A stretch of 64,000 bases of DNA from Phycisphaeraceae bacterium. Its GTDB lineage: Bacteria > Planctomycetota > Phycisphaerae > Phycisphaerales > Phycisphaeraceae. Below, in pieces: positions 41,129-50,269 of this stretch. The notes under the pieces are model-generated. The model was not told the origin of the DNA and searched no databases. It worked only from the letters and a program-made list of their open reading frames with translations. The stretch covers positions 2,784,001 through 2,848,000 of the forward strand of contig OY771506.1 in assembly GCA_963674705.1 (NCBI GenBank), in the 5' to 3' direction. Position 1 is the first letter of the stretch. Each line of letters starts with the position of its first letter. The translations under genes and the position numbers were made by a program.

Positions 41129-41526
41129 GTGCGGCCTCGGAAGTACAGCATAGCGAACCCTGCAAAGCTGTGGCTATATGGACAATGTGCGATTGGTTCA
41201 ATTATCCCACATGAGCTTGAAGCCGTAGCAGAACTGGATCAGGCCTAAACCAAAAGCGCCGTAGGTTGCAATTAGAGCGCTGCCTGTTGTGTTTTTGTAC
41301 GTGATGATTGCAATGGCGATGCCGCCGAGGCACCACAGTACGCTGAAGGCCATGTTGCGAATTCCAGCTTTTCGGTAGGCTGCTTTACGCAAGCGGATGA
41401 CTTCATCCACAATCTCACACGCTCTCTGTTTTGCTATGCCTTGGTTGACAAGATTGTCCACGATCTGAGCCCGAGAGTGGCTCTTGAGCAACTGTTGCAT
41501 GACACCGTCATAGACCGCTTCTACTA

Positions 41527-42567
41527 GAGCGTCTTCCAATCTCATGTAGCATACCCGCAGCTGCGGAAGTAGTTGCGGCACTCGTCCAGGGATACCGCAC
41601 GCAACGCCCGACCGATCGCCTCAATCAGTTTGTCGTGGGTCCGTGCGGCGGCGGCACGCAGCAGGGCTTTGACCTTGCTCCACATCTTCTCGATCGGGTT
41701 GAAGTCCGGTGAGTACGGCGGTAAGTACCACAGGTCACAGCCCGCCGCTTCGATCGCTTCACGCACCCCGCGCACCTTATGCGACGCCAGGTTATCCATC
41801 ACCACGATCTGGCCTTGCTTCAGCGCCGGGGCCAGGCAACGCTCGACGTAGCCTCGGAACAGCGCCGCATCCGTCGCGCCGTCGAAGGCCAGCGTCGCCC
41901 GTTGGATCACACCCTCACAACCGATCGCGCTGAGCATCGTCGTCGTACGCCAGTGGCTGTGCGGCGCCGCGGCGTCCAGCCGGCAACCGCGTCCGGCCCA
42001 GCCCCGCAGGCGGGTCATGTTCGTCCTCGCGCCCGATTCATCCAGGAAAACAAGCTGCTTAGGCTCGATGAACCGTGTGGCGATGCGGAAGTTCACACGC
42101 TGCTGCTTCACATCCGCGCGGTCCTGCTCGCTGGGCCGTAATGACTTTTTTTAAACGTCCACCCCAGCTTCCAACGCACCGTCCGCCACATCGTGCCCAG
42201 CCCGCAACGGATGCCCAGCTCACGCTCACAACGCACACGCAACGCATCCAGCGTCGTGTCCGGCTTCTGCTTGAGCATCGCATGTACACGCTGCAGGTCT
42301 TCGCCGGTGAACCGGCTGACGTAGTCGCCGCCCTGAGGCCGCGGCGAGATCCCCTCGCCTTCACGACGCCGTTGCTTGAGCCGACGCACCCACGAGGCGC
42401 TGACCGAGAACCGCTTGGCCACCTCACGCGTGCCGTGCCCGGCATCACACGCCGCCAACACCCGCTTCCGCAGATCCATTGAATATGCCTTCATCAAAGC
42501 CTCCTTGCTTGAAGGCACAGCATAATCACTTGTGTACAAGGGCGCTACAGTGGCGTGGAAGATGCTC
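41527..42567 (-). mobile_element. IS630-family insertion sequence
   Basis: Terminal inverted repeats GAGC(G/A)TCTTCCA; TA duplication (41525-41526, 42568-42569) within a CTAG target; split transposase. Confidence 0.93.
41542..42494 (-). CDS. IS630 transposase in two frames (orfA 42108-42494 HTH; orfB to 41542 DDE), joined by a -1 shift at an A7 run
   Basis: MKAYSMDLRKRV; WTFKK at TTTAAAAAAAG (T7 at 42146-42152 on +); VFLDESG, VMDNLASHK, YLPPYSPDFNPIE. Confidence 0.9.
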
Positions 42568-42633
42568 TAGCTGTTCGGGGGTGAGATCCTGCTCTTGCAT
42601 GTTGTGATCCCAGAAGCCAGCAAGATTTATGAA

Positions 42634-42719
42634 TGCCGGTGGAGGGACTCGAACCCACACTCTGTTTAACCAGAAGCGGATTTTGAATCCGCCGCGTCTG
42701 CCAATTCCGCCACACCGGC
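42634..42719 (-). tRNA. trnL: tRNA-Leu (anticodon CAA)
   Basis: GCCGGTG acceptor stem; TGGCAGAC D-loop; GCGGA-TTCAAAA-TCCGC anticodon arm; long variable arm; GGTTCGAGTCC; CCA not encoded. Confidence 0.95.
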
Positions 42720-42903
42720 GTGGTGTAGACAGGGCAAGTTACTCGGGTTACCGGTTCTCGGCAAGTGCCCGAGAGTCCGGGGCTTATGGTCGGGATTATC
42801 AGGGCGACAGAAAAATCTTCAAAAAATCTCCAATCGCGCCATAAATGCGCACGGCGTTCGACATCCAAGTAGCGGATACGAGATCCGCGGAGCCCGGTTG
42901 CGA

Positions 42904-42920
42904 TTGTAAATCGTTTACAA
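42904..42920. promoter_or_regulatory. Operator-like inverted repeat abutting the RBS
   Basis: TTGTAAA-TCG-TTTACAA directly before AAGGAG. Confidence 0.4.
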
Positions 42921-42933
42921 AAGGAGATTTAAG

Positions 42934-43812
42934 ATGGTATGCAAATGGGTAAAACGTGGTGCGATCGCCACTGTGGGCTTGACCCTGGTCGGCGGTCTGT
43001 TGTTCGGCGATGACCTGATCAGCTATGTCAAGAGCTCGGCCAACGCGATCCAGGGAACGGTCAAGAGCAACGTCCCGATCGAGTTTGAACTGACTCGGGC
43101 CAAGGACCTGCTCGATGAGATCATCCCTGAGATGCACGCCAACGTCCAGCGGATCGCGACCGAAGAGGTCGAGCTGGCGGCACTCAAGCAAGACATCAAG
43201 GAAAGCGAAGAGAGGCTGGCCGAAGAGCGTGCACGTATGGCCAAGCTGCGTGATGTGGTCACGATCGAGACCGCCAGCTACCGGATCGGCGGCAAGAAGT
43301 ACTCACACCAGCAGGTCGTGGACGATCTGAGCCGTCGGCTGGACCGTGTGAAGGAAGCGGAAGTCGTGCTGGAAGGCAAGAAACGCCTGGTCACCCAGCG
43401 TGAAGCGACACTGGCTGCTGCGGAACAGATGCTGCAGAAGACGCAGTCTCAGAAGGCGCTGCTGGAAGACAAGATCGAATCGCTGGCAAGCCAGCACCGC
43501 CTGGTGCAGGCCGCAGCGACCACCTCGCATGTCAAGCTGGACAACAGCAAGCTCGCTCAGACCGAGAAGCTGATCAGCGAGATCCAGAAGCGCCTGGATG
43601 TGGCGGAGCGTGTCCTGGCCCGTGAGAGCGATTTTGTTCAGCCGATCGAGGTCAGCGTGGTGGATGAAGTCGATCTGCTGGCCCAGGTCGATGAATACCT
43701 GTATGGCCCCAGCGACCTGGCCGAATCCACCAAGGACAAGGAACTGGAGCCGGAAGCGCGTCTGGATGATGCCGAAGTGGAACGTTTGGCCGAGGCGCGA
43801 CGTCTTAACTAA
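42934..43812 (+). CDS. N-terminally anchored coiled-coil protein, PspA/IM30-like
   Basis: Hydrophobic N-terminus, then PIEFELTRAKDLLDEIIPE and about 200 aa of heptad helices; size and helix layout resemble PspA (by eye). Confidence 0.6.
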   Translation: MVCKWVKRGAIATVGLTLVGGLLFGDDLISYVKSSANAIQGTVKSNVPIEFELTRAKDLLDEIIPEMHANVQRIATEEVELAALKQDIKESEERLAEERARMAKLRDVVTIETASYRIGGKKYSHQQVVDDLSRRLDRVKEAEVVLEGKKRLVTQREATLAAAEQMLQKTQSQKALLEDKIESLASQHRLVQAAATTSHVKLDNSKLAQTEKLISEIQKRLDVAERVLARESDFVQPIEVSVVDEVDLLAQVDEYLYGPSDLAESTKDKELEPEARLDDAEVERLAEARRLN

Positions 43813-43953
43813 TACAGCTGATGCGGTCCTCGTGCCTACCGGGTTGCGGCGTAGCGCTTGGGGGTGCGGGGGCATTAAATAAACCGTCCGGTCAGTGAAA
43901 GCCGATCGGACGGATTCGAGAGCGAAAAGGGCGGATAACTAGCCAGGAGTTGA

Positions 43954-44208
43954 ATGATGAATGCATCAGAATCCAAGCTGCTGGCCGAGGCCGACCGGAT
44001 GAGTGAATCGATGCTGGTCCGCCTGGAAGACTGGGAACTGGCCTATCTGAAGGCGGCGATGCTGCATCAGCTCGAAGAAACGCTCAGCGAATCGCTTCAA
44101 CAAGATCAACAAGGTCCCACCCTTAGCCCCGATCGGGAGGCAGTGATCCAAGGCTGCACTCCCGTGCGGGGTTATCCTCACAGCCAGATTGCGGAGATGA
44201 GCCGGTGA
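43954..44208 (+). CDS. Small acidic hypothetical protein
   Basis: AGGAG RBS; GTGA overlap with the next gene. Confidence 0.55.
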   Translation: MMNASESKLLAEADRMSESMLVRLEDWELAYLKAAMLHQLEETLSESLQQDQQGPTLSPDREAVIQGCTPVRGYPHSQIAEMSR

Positions 44209-45812
44209 ACTTCTTGCGCATCAAACAAGCGCAGTGTGCCCTGGCCGACGGTCGGCTGGATGAGGCGCACAAACTGCTGAGCCAGGAATCGGTGCGTTCG
44301 CATCGTCACGGCCAGCGGTTGGCGACGAAGTTGATCGCTGCCTACGTCAAGCGCGGGCAGGGCCATCTCGATGCAGGCCGACTGCATGAAGCATTGGCGG
44401 ATTGCGAAAAGGCCAATTCGCTTGGCGGTCATGGTGCGGAAGTTTCTGAATTGCGTCAGAAGATCGCGAATCAGATGAGCGAGAAGCGGCACAATGTTGA
44501 ACTGCATAACGTTGCACTGGGTGCGGCACGGCAGCATGCAAACAATGGTTTTCTTTCTCGTGGGATCGCTCTATTAAAGACAGCGAATAATGACAGCGCC
44601 ACCGTGTTGCAGGCTGAACAGGAAATCGAACTGCATCGCGTGAAAGCAGAAGCCGCGATCGAACGCGGCGGTGCGGCATTGGATCGTGAAGACTGGGCGG
44701 CGGCCGGGCATCATCTGGCCGAGGCCCGTCGGTTGCGTCCGTATGACAAGCAGGTCGAGGAGCTTGCAGGTCGTTTGACGAAGCAGGCATCGGCGCGTGT
44801 GCGTGAATCGCTGAACCGTGGCCGGGTCGATCAGGCGGAGGCATTGCTTCGAGCGGTCGGGCCGGCGGCGGGGGATGACCTGGCGATCCGCGAGCTGCGT
44901 GAAGCAATCAACTTGATCGTGAAGACGACGGATGCACTGACATATGGAGATGCACGGACCGCGGGGCGTGAGTTACGGAAGATGAAGGCCTTATTGCCTG
45001 ACGCCGGCTGGATCGATGATGCGATTAAACATGCAGACAGCATCGTGACCAGCCGCGAAGCGTTAGCCGGTGGGCCGCTCGGGCTGATTTCGGATGGGTA
45101 CGCATCCGCAGCCCGCAGCGCCCCATCTTTGCAGGATCGGTCAAAGAAAGATTCAGGACCGGTGACGCCGATCGCTTACAATAACGGTGTGAACGTGCGC
45201 AATGATGCCATCGGGAGCCTGGACGTGTTGCCGGATCATTTTCTGATCCAGGTGGACGGCTGCGGCGCGTCGTGGGTGACTGAGAAGTCGGCCGTGAGTG
45301 TCGGGCCGGTCAGTTCGGCGGAGCGGCCTGATGTGGGCCTGATCGCCGACCCGAGCGCCCCGACGATCACGATCCGACGTGTTGAGGACGATTATTTTCT
45401 GCGAGCGCCACGGCCGGTGAATGTGAACGGCAAGGCGGTGCAGGAAGGATTGCTCAATGACGGTGACAAGATTGAATTGTCGCCGCGTTGCCGGTTCAAG
45501 TTCCGGATGCCGCACGCGGCGAGCACCTCGGCGGTGATCGATCTGTCAGCCGGCGCACGGATGGCGCGGGCTGATGTCAAGCGTGTTGTATTGCTTGACA
45601 AGCAGATCGTGATGGGCGCGGGGCCTGCCTGCCAAGTGCGAGCCGATGCGGCGGAGCAGCCGATCATTCTTTGCAAGCGTGAGGGCAAGCTGGTTTGTCA
45701 GACGCGAGAACAAGTGGAAGTCGGGGGCGAGGCGTGTGACGCTTCGCAAGGGGTCCCGGTGGACAAGTCTGTGTGTGTAGGATCGGTGACGTTCCGTATC
45801 ACGCAAGCCTGA
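44205..45812 (+). CDS. TPR-like helical repeats + C-terminal FHA-like beta domain(s)
   Basis: Ala/Leu helical repeats; VNVNGKAVQEGLLNDGDKIEL typical of the FHA C-terminus. Confidence 0.7.
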   Translation: MNFLRIKQAQCALADGRLDEAHKLLSQESVRSHRHGQRLATKLIAAYVKRGQGHLDAGRLHEALADCEKANSLGGHGAEVSELRQKIANQMSEKRHNVELHNVALGAARQHANNGFLSRGIALLKTANNDSATVLQAEQEIELHRVKAEAAIERGGAALDREDWAAAGHHLAEARRLRPYDKQVEELAGRLTKQASARVRESLNRGRVDQAEALLRAVGPAAGDDLAIRELREAINLIVKTTDALTYGDARTAGRELRKMKALLPDAGWIDDAIKHADSIVTSREALAGGPLGLISDGYASAARSAPSLQDRSKKDSGPVTPIAYNNGVNVRNDAIGSLDVLPDHFLIQVDGCGASWVTEKSAVSVGPVSSAERPDVGLIADPSAPTITIRRVEDDYFLRAPRPVNVNGKAVQEGLLNDGDKIELSPRCRFKFRMPHAASTSAVIDLSAGARMARADVKRVVLLDKQIVMGAGPACQVRADAAEQPIILCKREGKLVCQTREQVEVGGEACDASQGVPVDKSVCVGSVTFRITQA

Positions 45813-45862
45813 GAGGTTTTTGAGGGCAGTCATGGCCGGCTGACAGCCGGTGGGGCAAAACG

Positions 45863-48538
45863 ATGCACACTTACCAATACCAACCCGGTGACAAGCCATT
45901 AGAAGGCTACACCATCAAGAGCGCCGCGGGGCACGGCGGATTCGGCGAGGTGTACTACGCCGTCAGTGACTCCGGCCGGGAGGTCGCGCTCAAGGCGGTG
46001 CAAGGCTTTGAGCAGATCGAATTGCGTGGCATACGCCAGTGCATGAACCTCAAGAGCCCGCACCTGGTCACCATTTTTGATGTCAAGCACAACGACAAAG
46101 GTCAGCCGTTCGTTCTGATGGAATACGTCGCGGGGCCGTCGCTGCGTGACCTGATCGATGAATCTCCGGGTGGATTGGGCGCTCAGAAGGCGGCGTTCTT
46201 CCTGCGTGAAATCGCCAAGGGTTTGAGCTACCTGCATGACTGCGGGATCGTTCACCGCGACCTGAAGCCTGCGAACATTTTCTATGAAAACGGCTACGTG
46301 AAGATCGGCGATTACGGCTTAAGCAAAGCGATCAGCGCCGATCATCACCAGAGCCAGACCGTGACCGTCGGGACGGTGCATTACATGGCTCCCGAGGTCG
46401 GTGCGGGCAAATATGACCGCAGTATCGATATCTATGCACTCGGTGTGTTGCTGTATGAAATGCTGACCGGGCATGTGCCATTTAAGGGCGATACGCCTAG
46501 CGAGGTGTTGTATAAGCACCTTTCGTCGACGCCTGAGCTTGATGAAATTGAAGAGCCTTTCCGGGCAGCGATTAGCAAGGCGATGGTCAAGGACCCGGCC
46601 GAGCGGTATCAGAGCGTCAACGACCTGGTCGAGACGGTGTTCGGCGAAGAGCGGATGAAGCAGAGCATGGCCAGCTTCAGCGCGGCCGATTTGAGCATGG
46701 TCGCCGGTCAGGTGGCTGCGAAGGTGCGGCACAACGCGGGCCAGGACGCCGGCGGCGGGGCGGCGGTCGCGACGGCGGATAGTAAACCGGGCAGTACCGG
46801 CAAGGTTCCGTTTGAGCACCTGGCCGACACGATCCAGCACCGCATGGAACACGTCAGCCGAACGATCGACAACAAGCTGTTCACACGTGGGAAGTACCAA
46901 GGTGCCGCACATGGTGGTTTTGGTGATCCGGCGCGTGATCCGATGGGCGCGTTTCAGCGGAAGCTACTGGCATTGATCGCGCTTTGCCTGGTGACGTGGG
47001 GCGCAGGTTATCTTTCGGGAATCGATTCGGGTAAGGCTGGTTTCTTTGCGATGATGGCCGGCTTGGGCGCGATGTCCGGGCTGGTGTTTTCGCAGTGGAA
47101 GTTGATGCCGGGATTAAAGAACGAATCGGGCATGATCAAGCGTCTTGCGCTGGGTGGGTTGGGCATCCTGGGCGCGGGTTTCATGGGCTGGATCTTGGCG
47201 ATGGGCAACTACAGCCAATATCGCGATGTTTTCAGTTACACATTGATCGCGATTGCGGTGCCGCTGTTCTTGATCGACTGGTCGAAGCAGATGTCCTGCG
47301 GGCGGGCAGACCGCTTGTCTTTAGGTTCTGCGTTAGGTGCGGGGTTGTTGGGTTGGATCGCGTCGTGGTTCATGCATGACGCCAGCGGGATGCTTGCGTT
47401 CGGTATCCCCGCGGCGATCGCGCTGGCGGTGCAGGCGATCAGTCCGTTCGATCCGACGACGATCGAAGACTGGGCGCTGGATGACGATGATGACATCCCT
47501 CCGCCGCGAGATACCCAGGCGCGTAAAGCGCCACCGGCCCCGGGCGCCGGCGGCAAAGCCTCTTATTTACCGCCACACGCCCGGCGTAAGCAGGCGGCGC
47601 ATCGCACCGAGCAGGTGAACGCGTACTCGGCCGTGGTGACGAAGAACTGTTCTGATAAGAGCCGGTTAGCGGCGCTGCTGCTGGCGTGTATGTCGTATCT
47701 CATCCCGATCTGCGGCCTGCATCGGTTCTATGTCGGTAAGGTCGGCACGGGTATCCTGTGGCTGCTTACTTTCGGGTTGTTCGGCATCGGGCAGCTCATT
47801 GATGTGATCCTGATCGCTTGTGGTTCGTTCAACGACGTAAACGGTCGACCCATTACGGAATGGCAGCCGGACGGCTCGCGCACCGTTGTGTCTACGCCTA
47901 AACCGCATGGACACGTTGTTTCCAGTAAAACTCAGCCGCATCTTCATCATCCGGAGAGGCGGCATTCGCAGGGGTTCGTCGGTGTCTTGCTCTCGCTGGT
48001 CGCGACGATCATGATCTTTCTAGGGATGATCCTCGTGCTTGGGCTTAGCCTGGAGCTGCCTGAAGCGATTGCGGCGAATACGTTCGGCAGCGACATCGGT
48101 CCGTGGCTCAACAACGCGCTGGGCTACGATGATGTTTCCAATGCGGCGGGCTGGCCCGAGTTGATGCAACGTGTCAGTTTCCCGTTGGCGATCATGATGT
48201 TGATCTTCGGCGGCGTCCTGTTGGCGGTCGCGCGGCGACGGGAAGGCGTGATGCATATGTTCCGCGCCTTGTTCGGTGCGGGCGGCATGCTGATCGCGGT
48301 GGCGATCTCGACAGAGATCCTCAACCATTCGCAATCGCTGGACCAGCTTTGGCGTCCGGTGGCCGACCACATCCAGGGCGGCCGGGTCGGCCCGGCGATC
48401 GAAACTTTCATGCAACACACAAACAGCGAACCGTTTGTGTTCTCGGTGATATTCCTGGTCGGCTCGATCCTGATCCTGGCCTGGCCGGCCAAGCGGCGCG
48501 ACGCCGCGGGCCCGCGGCCAATCGGGGAAGGAGCGTAA
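45863..48538 (+). CDS. Hanks-type Ser/Thr protein kinase with multiple TM helices and a TM2 domain
   Basis: GHGGFGEV, VALK, HRDLKPANI, DYG, GTVHYMAPE; TM2 motif KSRLAALLL...GLHRFYVGKVGTGILWLLTFG...ID. Confidence 0.9.
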   Translation: MHTYQYQPGDKPLEGYTIKSAAGHGGFGEVYYAVSDSGREVALKAVQGFEQIELRGIRQCMNLKSPHLVTIFDVKHNDKGQPFVLMEYVAGPSLRDLIDESPGGLGAQKAAFFLREIAKGLSYLHDCGIVHRDLKPANIFYENGYVKIGDYGLSKAISADHHQSQTVTVGTVHYMAPEVGAGKYDRSIDIYALGVLLYEMLTGHVPFKGDTPSEVLYKHLSSTPELDEIEEPFRAAISKAMVKDPAERYQSVNDLVETVFGEERMKQSMASFSAADLSMVAGQVAAKVRHNAGQDAGGGAAVATADSKPGSTGKVPFEHLADTIQHRMEHVSRTIDNKLFTRGKYQGAAHGGFGDPARDPMGAFQRKLLALIALCLVTWGAGYLSGIDSGKAGFFAMMAGLGAMSGLVFSQWKLMPGLKNESGMIKRLALGGLGILGAGFMGWILAMGNYSQYRDVFSYTLIAIAVPLFLIDWSKQMSCGRADRLSLGSALGAGLLGWIASWFMHDASGMLAFGIPAAIALAVQAISPFDPTTIEDWALDDDDDIPPPRDTQARKAPPAPGAGGKASYLPPHARRKQAAHRTEQVNAYSAVVTKNCSDKSRLAALLLACMSYLIPICGLHRFYVGKVGTGILWLLTFGLFGIGQLIDVILIACGSFNDVNGRPITEWQPDGSRTVVSTPKPHGHVVSSKTQPHLHHPERRHSQGFVGVLLSLVATIMIFLGMILVLGLSLELPEAIAANTFGSDIGPWLNNALGYDDVSNAAGWPELMQRVSFPLAIMMLIFGGVLLAVARRREGVMHMFRALFGAGGMLIAVAISTEILNHSQSLDQLWRPVADHIQGGRVGPAIETFMQHTNSEPFVFSVIFLVGSILILAWPAKRRDAAGPRPIGEGA

Positions 48539-48541
48539 GTC

Positions 48542-50230
48542 ATGAGTTCCAGACTCATTTTCATGCCGTTTAGTTTTGGCATCCTCGAACTGATCCTGAT
48601 CGCGGTTCTTATCGTGCTCATCATTAAAGCTGTTACCGGCGATAACCGCGGCGGGAAAGTGATCGTGGGGATCCTCGTCGCGATCGGAACGATTCTGCTC
48701 GTGCCGGTATTGATCCTGGGCCTGATGTTTGTAGCAAGATCGAATACGCAGACTGTTGTGTATAACCAGCAGCAAGCCGTTGCAATTGACGCAGCGGAAC
48801 AGGCGAAGATGGAAGCCGAGCGTGTGCGTCTGGATACGCAACAGATGGCGGCAGAAGTCCAGGCCAAGGCGGACGAGATCCGTCAACGCACTTCGGTCAT
48901 CGTCGATGATGTGGCTACGGTTACGCCACACATCAATCCGCCTGTTATCGCGACACCCGATGTTGCTGAAAGCTACATTGAACCGCCTGCCGTGTATGAA
49001 GCACCTGAGATTGTCGCCCCACAGGCTGTGAATGCGGTGGAGATGAACGATCAGTCGATTCTGCATTCATATGAAGACCCGGGTACCGGGCGAGTCAGTA
49101 CGGTTGCGGTTTCAGCCACCAGAACCTCGGGCGATGCGGCGAGTGTATCTGTTACGGAGCACAGTGCTGCCGCAGCAGGCACGACGCAAGTCGAGGTCCA
49201 ATCGGGCATGACGGTCGCGGGTGTGCCATGGACCGATGCGATCGAGGAGTACCAGGATTTTGAAGCGGATATCTACCCGTCGATGGAAGACGCGGCCGAG
49301 GCGCTTGGTAGGCGCGTGGGTCAGCGATTGATGCAGGACCTTGGGGACACGGAAGCGGAAGGGGCGGACGCCCCGTATGTATACGTCTGGCGTGATGAAG
49401 CCGACGGGGGCGATGCGGCGTTCATCTCGCGCGATGTGCTTGAAGCAGTCGCGCGTGGATTGAAGCAGAAGATGTTCGACCCGGCGTATGTCTCGGTGGA
49501 ACGGCCGGTCAATGGGACATCGGTAGTTGTGGCGATCCAGGAACTGCGGTTTGAGAACCACAACCGTTGGCGCAAACAAGTGGAATCCAAGATCGGGGGA
49601 TTGGCGCTGCGGGTGAAGACAGCGGATGATGCGTTCTCCATCTCGACGCGGTTTGCAGATAAGCCCTGGCTTGTCGACCGTAGCGGTTTTACGCACGATT
49701 TTAATAACAATCCCTGGCTCGTCGCGTATTCCGACAGCACGCATACCCAGCAGAGCGACGCGTACTGGGATGCGGTGCACAAGGCGGCGGACGCGGTGTT
49801 GCCTATGGCTGAGGCTAGGATCAGTCAGCTTTCCGGTGCCGATCAGCAGCGGTTCCACCAGCAGCTTGCCAAGAACAGCAACTGGCTGCGTGACCGTGTC
49901 GCGGATGAGTTGGTGTCGCGGAACCTGGTGACGGATCAATTCACACAGCAATTCGATAAGCCGGCCTATACGGTCTGGCGGGATGCGGTGCTCGTGAATG
50001 CAACGCCGCAGCAGATCGAAGAGATCGCGCGGTCATTGGTGCAGGGGATTAACGTACAGGTGCAGCACAAACGCAGCGTAATCTTTTCTTACATGGCGCT
50101 GGGTGTGCTGATCTTAGGCACCTATCTGTTCCTGAACGTGGCGACGAAGGGTTACTATACTTGGTCGTTGCGTCTGGCATTGATCATCAGCCTGGGCGTG
50201 GTCGTGTTTCTGTTTATGAGCCTGGCTTGA
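48542..50230 (+). CDS. Membrane protein with large extracytoplasmic domain
   Basis: Two N-terminal and two C-terminal TM helices; ends YLFLNVATKGYYTWSLR; 3 bp after the kinase stop. Confidence 0.75.
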   Translation: MSSRLIFMPFSFGILELILIAVLIVLIIKAVTGDNRGGKVIVGILVAIGTILLVPVLILGLMFVARSNTQTVVYNQQQAVAIDAAEQAKMEAERVRLDTQQMAAEVQAKADEIRQRTSVIVDDVATVTPHINPPVIATPDVAESYIEPPAVYEAPEIVAPQAVNAVEMNDQSILHSYEDPGTGRVSTVAVSATRTSGDAASVSVTEHSAAAAGTTQVEVQSGMTVAGVPWTDAIEEYQDFEADIYPSMEDAAEALGRRVGQRLMQDLGDTEAEGADAPYVYVWRDEADGGDAAFISRDVLEAVARGLKQKMFDPAYVSVERPVNGTSVVVAIQELRFENHNRWRKQVESKIGGLALRVKTADDAFSISTRFADKPWLVDRSGFTHDFNNNPWLVAYSDSTHTQQSDAYWDAVHKAADAVLPMAEARISQLSGADQQRFHQQLAKNSNWLRDRVADELVSRNLVTDQFTQQFDKPAYTVWRDAVLVNATPQQIEEIARSLVQGINVQVQHKRSVIFSYMALGVLILGTYLFLNVATKGYYTWSLRLALIISLGVVVFLFMSLA

Positions 50231-50269
50231 ATCGATATTTCAACCTGAGAGCAAGGATACACGAACCCC

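Larger units (their letters stand above)
41198..42600 (-). pseudogene. Small membrane-protein gene interrupted by the IS630 element
   Basis: Removing the IS joins MQEQDLTPEQL (42600-42568) in frame to VEAVYDGVMQ... (41524-41198). Confidence 0.8.

Noticed and set aside
39900..42634. Prophage or integrative element at tRNA-Leu
   Set aside because: No integrase, no phage genes and no duplicated tRNA 3' end found
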